Origin: Cyanidioschyzon merolae
Lineage: Eukaryota
Assembly (NCBI GenBank): GCA_000091205.1
Contig: AP006491.2
Direction: 5' to 3' (one strand)
DNA length: 64,000 nt
Shown here: positions 1 to 8,280 of the stretch, piece after piece
Layout: every line of letters starts with the position of its first letter
Numbering within the stretch: position 1 is the first letter of the stretch
Program-made: the position numbers and the translations under genes
The notes under the pieces: generated by a model
Seen by the model: only the letters and a program-made list of their open reading frames with translations
Told to the model about the DNA's origin: nothing
The model's database searches: none

Positions 1-1149
1 CCCCCCATTTATCTCCGGGGTATGATCCGAGCGCAAAAGCGTCTGTCACTGCAATGCCTATCGTTTAGATTCAATTGTGAATTCCCTTCCGCGTTTCTTT
101 CGGAAAACATGCACGTCTGTATGATTGTCGCTTGATTTAGAGGAACCATTGGGAGATTCTCTCCAGTTCTCTTTTATTTGTTTTCACAATACTCTTCGAA
201 TTTACTGCTATCCCAGGTTGCCTGATCGATATTTGCTCTCTGTGATGCGTCTATTCTTTCGAGCAATGTTTCGAGGTTTCGTCGCTCTTCTTCACTCTCG
301 TCTGCTCCATTCTTTTCATACATAATAGCGTGCATCGTTATCCAGCCTTGAGCACTCGGCGTGGCATCTCCATCGCTGGTGTGGATGCACTACGGAACAG
401 ATCAGCTTTCGCATACCACTAATCGCTTCCGAATCGGTTCGTTGCTCGCGACACGAAACTGACAGTTTTCATATATGCTGGATGTCTTGCAGGCTGGACA
501 GGCTGTCTCTCTGCTGCGGTGGCGCGACGCGGTCTACTATTCGTCTACCGGAATCTAGGTGACGCTTTGACGCTTAAAACTCGATCCAATTTCCAGAATC
601 TATTGTTTTTTGATTGAGAGTCTAAGGTGCGTTACATCACTTCCAACATTGTGGTCACCCGGACTAGAGGCTGGTACAGTTTCGCTGCTCGCCGACCCTC
701 CTCCCAAATGTAATTGTTTGATCATACGCAAATACTTCTTCCTGTTAATGTCTTCAATCAGTGGCGTTTGTACTTGCTACTCCGTTTTTCGATATAGTCT
801 CTATTTTGGTATTTTTTATATCGTCCGCTCCGGTAGCGCATTGCGAATTCTGGCCGTCACGTCATACTCTGTGCGTCTCGCCGATCATGGGGAACGTGTT
901 AATGACCTCTTCTAGAGCGATTGCTCTATCGGGGCCACTTGCATTTTTGATGGAATGGTAGCAAAGTATAGTTGTGTATTCAATTGCGTTTCTAACTTCT
1001 AGTAATAGTATTCACCTGATTTTCGCCATGCTATGCAGAGGTGTCCGACGAGTTTTTTTCTAAAAAAATGTCAGGCTTTTGTAATTTGAGGTTGTGTGTT
1101 ATGGATGGCCGTTGTTGCCGAATATCGGAAAAAAAGGTGACATAGTAGC

Positions 1150-3350
1150 TAATTCCAGAGGACTAGGAAAAGAAGTGGAAACGAAATGGGGATGTGCTAC
1201 GACGAACGCTGCAGTAGTTTCGTGTCTATGTCGCTATGGTTGTGGAATCCTGTCGTCTCCAACATATTAATGTTCCGTACGACTGAACGCTCCAAGATGC
1301 AATCAGAAACCACGTTGTCTCGCTCTCCAGGAATATTTGTTACTCTCCTTTAGAACTGACGCATTTGGTGATCGAGCTCCATCGCGACGTAACGCACATC
1401 GCAAAAGTGATCTTTCCGGAACACTTTTTCAAAACAGAGTTTCATCTACCACCTGAATGCTTGCAATGGGGACGCATCGCGGGGAAACTAGCGGGCGGAT
1501 GCCTACGTCAAAATTTACGACAAGTACCGCATCAACGGTGCTGGACACAGGAGTGACGCAGATATTTACGAATACAGGGCAATTAGGTGCCTCAAGAATG
1601 TGAGGAACCATAGGATCCTCATCCTCGATTGTATCATGATACGCGTTGTCATTGTGCTGCACCCGGGCCTGTTTTGCGAAGGGATGCTGGCAATCATCGA
1701 TGGTATGAAGAACGATCGCCAGCATGAACAGGAGATCATATTTGTCGACAAGAGAACATCACACAGGAGAAGAAATAGGTATTCTGTTATCCGCGCAAGT
1801 ATTCAAAAGCGTCGTTCGGTCTCGGGACTTGTCAACCCAAGAGAAAAACCTGTCATGTATGGAAAATATGAAGAGAGATGTTCCTTCCTCATCTTGCCCT
1901 ACTTCATGGTTTTTGGATCGAGATCTCGAACGCAGGGCCGAAATGGAGCTGAGTATGGATACAATGGAGTATTGGAGAAATGGCACTGAAGAACTCCTCC
2001 AGTTGCGCTTTATTCGACCGGTTTTGCGAATTCCAGTCACCTGTTTTGATTTTTGACTTTAGAGTTCTTTTCGCCTTCATGGAAGAGGTTTATCCAGTGC
2101 CCGATTGAAGCGACAGAGACGTAACCGGCGAAGACCGGGACACGTACTAGATGCGGAAATTCGAGTTCAAGCGTGCAAAACCGGCGAATAAAAGGTAATT
2201 ATGGGGGCCATCGATAACGATCGGGTATACATATATGTACATTTTCAGCGGTTGCAGGTGCTTCGTCCCATCCCGTCTTCGTTACCGCCCTCGCCGAAGC
2301 ACGGAAACAGGAAGGCCGGCCATGGGATATATAATCCCCACGAGGACGACTTCGTCGTCGGCCTCAAACCCTGGATTACTGACTTCATTACCATCGTTGT
2401 AACAAGCGTTAGGTACATAATGTACTGAATGTAACTTACGTCGGAATGACAGGCGTCTTTTGAGGTTCTAGAGATCGACGTTCTACCCAGAAGCGGGAAT
2501 CGTGAATACGAGGAAGGAAATTGAGACTTGGGATGCAGAAGTGGAAGAGCATCTCGAAGTTGTGAGCGAGGTGAAGAGCCGAGGAGCGGATTTTCAGGCT
2601 TTTCAAGATTTCATGGATGTTCGTTTTGCTCATTGGGATGCGCTGTGGAAGGAGTATACAAACCCCCGGTGGGCTTTTCTACGTTCGAATCTATACTGTG
2701 GGAAGCCGCATGCATTCGCCGACTTTTTCAATGAGTTGAGCTCCTTGAAGGAGAATGAAAGTTTGAGGCTCGTAGTAGCATATTGAGCATGGAGCTGGGC
2801 GTCAAAAAAGGGGACTACGCGAGCTCCAGCGACAAGAACATTCAAAGAGTGTGCACGGCGTCTCTTTACGGTACCTGTAGATGAATTTGGAGCTTCGTAT
2901 ACACACCACGAGCTGGGGTGTACATTCCAGAGGGGCGAGATGCAAAAGTGCCAACGGAACCCTGAGGAAATAGCAAACTACGGACCGCTGACGGAAGAGC
3001 AAATGGAAAGGAGCGCAAAAGTTCATGGACTCCTTGCATTAGTAGGTACAACGAACGATGGCGAGAAACGGATGGAGTTCGTGAACCGAGGCTTTAACGC
3101 CGCTATCAGTATCAGTAGATGTGCGGTGCTGGAGAAGAGACCTGCAAACTAGACAAGAGACAACTTTGTTGGACAACCTCCCAAAGTCGAACTATATGAG
3201 AGAAAGTTGGAAGCAGTAGTGGGTGGCCGGTCGAAAACGGCGGGGAGGCGTCTGCACATCAGCTGGAGACGTTATGTCTCGGGCGCCGGTGGCCACTACT
3301 GTACACGGCCGGCGTCGTTCGACTTAGTACGGCGTTTCGCCGTGTACGCT
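1150..3350 (+). mobile_element. Copy D of the TnpB/Fanzor-like repeated element; degenerate, 5' portion diverged
   Basis: Nucleotide and protein similarity to copies A-C across the whole unit. RDVTHIAKV at 1365-1556 matches RDVTHIETVEIP of the other copies. GKWAI...DRKHE and VDKKTSRKRKNEASVIRA blocks are at 1600-1989. A RuvC-I remnant HEDDFVVGLKPW has lost the Asp. The [11 protein letters not shown] and LVVAY block is at 2502-2786. The zinc-finger and RuvC-III remnant (EFVNRGFNAAISI) is at 2940-3152. A conserved 3' tail runs 3200-3350 with its stop codon mutated, so the ORF reads through. Confidence 0.6.
1365..3283 (+). pseudogene. TnpB/Fanzor-like nuclease pseudogene (copy D); multiple frameshifts and stops, catalytic Asp codons of RuvC-I and RuvC-III mutated
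   Basis: Fragments lie in three frames. VDPG has become LKPW and RDFNAAINI has become RGFNAAISI. The terminal stop is lost. Confidence 0.55.
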
Positions 3351-3447
3351 TCGCGAACCAGATCATCAGGAAACTTCAGGGCGCCGCGCTTAACTCGAAG
3401 TGCGCCATACCTTCGGACTTGCTCGGAACATCCGATGCGGATGAAGC

Positions 3448-5349
3448 CTAGCCGCAGGCACGACAACCACTTTGGGACGCGTCGCTCGAGCGTGGCAGAG
3501 TGATTGCTGGATTTTCATCAAAAAATCCGTATGGCTGTAGCATGAAGCCAGTGCTCATTGCCGGCTGCACTGGAAAGTCCTCCGGTCTCGGCAAGTGATG
3601 AATGCCGAACACGTGCCAGAGCACAAGATCCGTATCCTCGATGCATCGATTCTGAGACACAAATCGAAGGATGCCGTCCTGTCCGTCCGAGAGATTCACG
3701 AATTCACCAGCTGGAAAGCGCTCTTCCGGGTCATAGGCTGTCACCCACAAATGACGACGGATAAAGCCGGAACGCTGTCCAGAGGGTGAGTCCGGGTCAA
3801 GGAACGGCGTGAGCGGATGTGCCGGTTCTAGTTTGTAGGCGACTGGCATATTAACACGATTCTTTTTGTTCGGATTCAACACTTTCCAATACCGGTGGCT
3901 GGCAGGATTCGCACAGCGACATGCCTCCAGCTCTGTTCGTAGCGGCGTCTCGGTGACGTAGTACGCATTCCCGTAGGGATTCGCAGCTGCATCCTCCGCT
4001 CGCGTATTACACTCTACAACAGAGTTGCGATCCCTGTCTACGCTGAGGTCCATCCGCACGCAGAAGTAATGCTGGTGAATGTGTCCTTCGACGCCAGGCA
4101 TAACCTCAGTACCGTAGCGGCTCGGTCTGCCCGGCTCGCAGGCCACAGTGTTGATGACGCCAGTAGCCCGCATTTCGTACTCAATGGCGCCGTCCGGACG
4201 AAAATACCAGTATGAGGCGTACTCGTAATTGCAAACCGTTGAAATGCTGGAGATGACGAGGCGTCTACCGCGCCGCGTTTCTGCACGGTCGGTGCGGAAA
4301 TCCCAGTGCTTCCAGAGCAGGCCGGCATCCTCTTCGTGAATGCAGATGGCGTTTGGTATGGTCAACGGCTCGCCGTGCATCGTGGCAACGTGGGCGTCCA
4401 AATAAACCACGCAACCGGTACAATCACAATTCATCCGTAGCGAGTTCGCTAGCTTACCGATCCCGTACTCCCCAATATCAAAAACATTCTTTCGAAAGTG
4501 GGGCTCCACTGGCGTGCCGTACGGCACGACCATCTCCACCAGGGAGAGCCTGCGAGCCACTGGGCGTCCAGCAAACCGAATATCATGCAGCGTGATACCC
4601 TCGCGTGCATTGAAACCAATCAACAGAGACCATTGATCCCAGGCAATTGAATGATCGTTCAGGACAAAGCTCGGTCCCTGGTCCTGCACAATGCGCAGCG
4701 GCTTCAAGGGCTTGCGAATATCAGTTCTCAGATTCGGTTCGTAATTGCATTCCGTTCGCGGTACGGGGATATTCTGCAGATCATAAACTTTGAGCACTTT
4801 ATTGGCCAGGACATCCACCATCGCGTAAAGTCCTTCAATTGGGTGTGCATAGAGGTTGTCATCGGCATGATTCCGTACCCAGCAGAAAGCCAACGCAAGA
4901 TGGTGATCCTTCTCCTCAACGGAACCGAACGCCCCTGCCGACCACGGATCAATACAAACTAGACTCATGTCTTCGATACCGTGTTTCCTGCACGCAGCCT
5001 GGAACTCCGGACACGCCCGTACAGCTCCTTCTATAGCAGTGAACTGTTCAAGCTGGAGCATAGGGCGAGCGTTCGGGTAGTACTTTTTGGCGATTACGAT
5101 CTCTTGCGAGAGCGAAACGATCAGCTTCCACACGCCAATAGAGCTTCTTCGGAAGATGAAGACCTCGGCCTCACGTTCGGTGGGCTTGCCGGCCACCCAG
5201 AGCTCTTTGGGTGGCTCGTGGAGCTGAATTCGCTCAAAGAGCGGTTCCTCTGGGAAAGGTGCGCCCTGGCGGCCGATGCTGGCAGCACGTAAAATCTCCG
5301 CTGGCGTGAGCGGTGTCAACGGGTGCATAATAGAGATGTCCTGCCTCAT
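3448..5349 (-). CDS. Copper-containing amine oxidase (TPQ-dependent)
   Basis: A 644-aa ORF with no interruptions. The TPQ consensus T-x-x-N-Y-E-Y is present as STVCNYEYASYWYF. The copper-binding His cluster HIHQHYF lies about 45 aa downstream. The N-terminal HPLTPLTPAEI matches the typical CuAO N2-domain start. Track position 5382 is a TTG; the first ATG is at 5349 and the second is at 5328, directly before HPLTPLT. Confidence 0.85.
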   Translation of the reverse strand: MRQDISIMHPLTPLTPAEILRAASIGRQGAPFPEEPLFERIQLHEPPKELWVAGKPTEREAEVFIFRRSSIGVWKLIVSLSQEIVIAKKYYPNARPMLQLEQFTAIEGAVRACPEFQAACRKHGIEDMSLVCIDPWSAGAFGSVEEKDHHLALAFCWVRNHADDNLYAHPIEGLYAMVDVLANKVLKVYDLQNIPVPRTECNYEPNLRTDIRKPLKPLRIVQDQGPSFVLNDHSIAWDQWSLLIGFNAREGITLHDIRFAGRPVARRLSLVEMVVPYGTPVEPHFRKNVFDIGEYGIGKLANSLRMNCDCTGCVVYLDAHVATMHGEPLTIPNAICIHEEDAGLLWKHWDFRTDRAETRRGRRLVISSISTVCNYEYASYWYFRPDGAIEYEMRATGVINTVACEPGRPSRYGTEVMPGVEGHIHQHYFCVRMDLSVDRDRNSVVECNTRAEDAAANPYGNAYYVTETPLRTELEACRCANPASHRYWKVLNPNKKNRVNMPVAYKLEPAHPLTPFLDPDSPSGQRSGFIRRHLWVTAYDPEERFPAGEFVNLSDGQDGILRFVSQNRCIEDTDLVLWHVFGIHHLPRPEDFPVQPAMSTGFMLQPYGFFDENPAITLPRSSDASQSGCRACG

Positions 5350-5782
5350 GTGCAGTAATGCAAAGACAACACGAGCAACCAAGGTTACCTCGGTTGCGCT
5401 TCAAGGCGCCTCAGCGTCTACCGTACCAAAGACTGCAACGGAAACCGGGAGCAATGAAGGAATGAATTCCGTTGAGCGATCAACTTGCGACATAGATGTA
5501 CAGAACGTACAAGAGCAATCTGGGTGTCGGACACGTCTCCTTCATCGAGCGGGGAGGCGTCTCGCGCAGTGCACGCATCGCTCTCGGTGAGCGTATACCT
5601 GGGAAATCAGGCAGTCAACTGACACGATGCGTACGCCGTTGAAGCGAAACGCGATCCTGATCAGTAGGGTGTTGTTGAACCGGAAAAAGTTGGATTTCAA
5701 TTCAGGTCGTAGCCAAGTACAGTTTTTCACTTCGTATTTGTTTCAACCTTCAAACAAGTCTAGACAAGTGTTTTTTCGCAGT

Positions 5783-5790
5783 ATATAACA
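5783..5790 (+). promoter_or_regulatory. TATA-like box (TATATAAC) about 210 bp upstream of the element ATG
   Basis: The context cgcagtatataacagaagcgtt is conserved in copy B at 15154-15161 as catataac. It is degraded in copy C. Confidence 0.35.
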
Positions 5791-5998
5791 GAAGCGTTCA
5801 AAGAGCGTTCTTTTTCAAAAAAAAACCTAAAAAAGGAAAGCTTTGAGAAAGCAAGCTGACGATCCTGGAGGGCTAGGGTCGCCGGCCGCTAGAGACAAAC
5901 AAAAAGCAGTGCCGAGTCCAGAAGAAAAGGAAGAGAAGAAGAACCGAAAGCGGGAGGCCCTACGTCGGAGGCGGCAAGAAACATGACTGTAGAACGAG

Positions 5999-8193
5999 AT
6001 GGAGGTGAAAACCTTTCTTCTTGGACATATCAAGGATCCCTACAGGGAAAAGTTGCGAGAAACTATCGAAAAACGTGTCGACTCGTACTCCAAGAGTATT
6101 GCCAAGGCGTCGTCAGGACTGATGCATATGGCGAGGGAGATGTATCGCGACGTAACGCACATCGAAACGGTCGAGATTCCAGACGAGCTTTTCGACAAGA
6201 CCTTTATTCGTCACTTGATGCTTGGCGCAGAGAAAGCGCCGAGGGAAAATGTGCTAGTGCATGCCCTCCACGAAAAACATCCCTTTTAGAGCTTCGACGG
6301 TACTCGATACACAATTGACTGGTGCATTTACACATACGGAGCGATGAAGTACATCACGAACCTGAAGAACCATTTGACTATGAACCTCGAACGCTTCATG
6401 ATACGCGCCGTGTTTGCGCTGTACCCTGGCATCGCTCGCAAAGGAAAATGGGCGATTACCAATGGCGTCACGAACGATCGCAAGCATGAAGATGCTATCG
6501 AGCTCGTCGACAACAAGACATCACGTAAGCGAAAGAATGAAGCTTCTGTAATCCGTGCGGCCATACACGAGTACCGTACAGTCTTGGGGTTGGCAAATCC
6601 GACAGACAAGATATCAGAGTTGAAAAAATATAAGGAATGGTACTATCGCCTCGTCCTGCGCTATTTTGTGTTTCTGGACCGAGAACTCGAACGCAAGGCA
6701 GAGGCGAGGCTGAGTGAGGAAAAAAATGAAGAGTGGGAGAGACGGAAGGCTTTCCTAATGGGTAAGCGCTTCAACGTCGTTCCAACGTGCAAGATCAAGT
6801 GACATTTGTGACTATCGACTCTAGAATCCTTCACGCCATCATGAAGGAGATCAGTCCGGAGTTCAGTGTCAGCAAGGAGAAGTTCTCCGGTGAAAACCGG
6901 GAGAGGTACTGGAAAAATATCTTCGATTTCAAACGCTTGAGAGTGAGCAAGGAAACGTTGTTCACCGGGATGTTTGAAACCGATGGAGTAGCCTAGTGTG
7001 TACACTATCGGCGGTTCAAGAAAGATCGTCCTGGTCCGCCGTCGGCTGTGCCCGTGACGAAGGATGAAGAAAAGAATGAGGCGGATCCTGCGACGCAGGA
7101 GGTGGAGGAGAACGAACTTATCTTTGACGCGGCGAATCATGAAGATGAGGAGGAGGCGGATCCTGTGACGCAGGAGGTGGAGGAGAACGACCTTGTCGTT
7201 GACGTGGCGAAGCATGAAGGAAAGAAGGAGGCGGATCCTACAATGCAGAAAGTGCAGGAGAACGACTTTGTCGTTGGTGTGGACCCTGGAAATACGAATA
7301 TCATAACCATCGCAGCACCCAAGCGCGCGGAAGATGGTGCTGATGGTAACTTGCGTCGGAAAGACATGCGTCTTTTGAGGTTCTCAAGAGCTAGATATTA
7401 CTGAGAATCCGGTGTAATGAATGCAAGGAAGAAAACCGAGAAATGGAATTCAGGAATGAAAGATCACCTAAAAGCTTTGAGCGAGGTGACGAGCCGAGGA
7501 ACCGACTTTGAAACTTTTCGGAAATTCATGGAAGATCGGTTTGCGCATTGGGATGCGCTGTGGGAGGAGTATACCATGCCCCGGTGGGCTTGTTTGCGTA
7601 TGAATTTGTATTGTGGGAAGCAGCGGGCGTTCGCCAACTTCTTCAATCAGTTGAGCGCCTTGAAGGAGGACCAGAGTCAGAGGCTTGTAGTAGCGTATGG
7701 GGCAGGCCGCTGGAAGACCCAAAAAGGAACTATGCCACCTCCAACGACAAGAACGCACAAGGAGTGCGCACAACGTCTCGTTACGATACCTGTAGACGAG
7801 TTCCGAACATCCTATACACACCATGAACTGGGATGTACACTTCAGAAAGTGGAGATGGAAAAGTGTTAGCGGAGCCCTGAAGACATAGCAAAGTACGGTC
7901 CTTTGACGGAAGAGGAAACGGAAAGGAGACCGAAAGTTCGAGGGCTACTCGCATAAGTGAATACAACTAACGGGAAGAAACCGATGGAACTCGTGAACCG
8001 GGACTTAAATGCCGCTATCAATATCCGAAAATGTGCGATGCTGGAGACGAGACCTCCAGAATGGACAAGAGAGAACTTTGTTGGACAACCTCTTGAAGTC
8101 GAACTATATGAGAGAAAGTTTGAAGCAGTAGTCGGTGGCCGGTCCAAAAAGACGGGTAGGCGTCTGCACGTCAGTTGGAGACGTCTTGTCTAG
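5999..8193 (+). pseudogene. TnpB/Fanzor-like RNA-guided nuclease homolog, copy A (RuvC-I, TS/zinc-finger block and RuvC-III present; several premature stops)
   Basis: MEVKTF...HEKHPF is followed by a stop. In-frame TGA codons occur at SRARYY*ESG (7399) and EMEKC*R (7867) where copy C has sense codons. [17 protein letters not shown] is at 7260-7330. [17 protein letters not shown] is near 7790. VNRDLNAAINIRK is near 8000. Confidence 0.75.
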
Positions 8194-8280
8194 GGCGGCC
8201 CGGACGCCACTACTGTACACGGTCGGCTTCGTTCGAGTTCAGAACGACGTTTGGCTGTGGTGTTGAATGTCGAGCGCCGA
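8194..8280 (+). other. Conserved structured 3' non-coding tail of the element; candidate fRNA/omegaRNA scaffold
   Basis: The tail is conserved in all four copies immediately after the nuclease stop. Its sequence is gtxgtgggtxgccggtcgaaaaagacxgggaggcgtctgcacgtcagxtggagacgtxxtgtctagggcg...gccactactgtacacggccxgcgtcgttcgactt. It contains a GCGTCT...AGACGC hairpin. Homology between copies ends about 40 nt past cgttcgactt. Confidence 0.4.

Larger units (their letters stand above)
5598..8280 (+). mobile_element. Copy A of the TnpB/Fanzor-like repeated element
   Basis: The 5' boundary motif cctgggaaatc is shared with copies B and C. Behind it is a conserved roughly 400-bp leader and a reading frame from 5999 to 8193. 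A conserved roughly 85-nt tail follows the stop. Flanking sequence is unrelated between copies. Confidence 0.8.

Noticed and set aside
3207-3503. 98-aa + ORF reading out of copy D into the CuAO 3' end
   Set aside because: It is a read-through of the mutated element stop codon (tag to tcg) across the conserved 3' tail and is not a gene.
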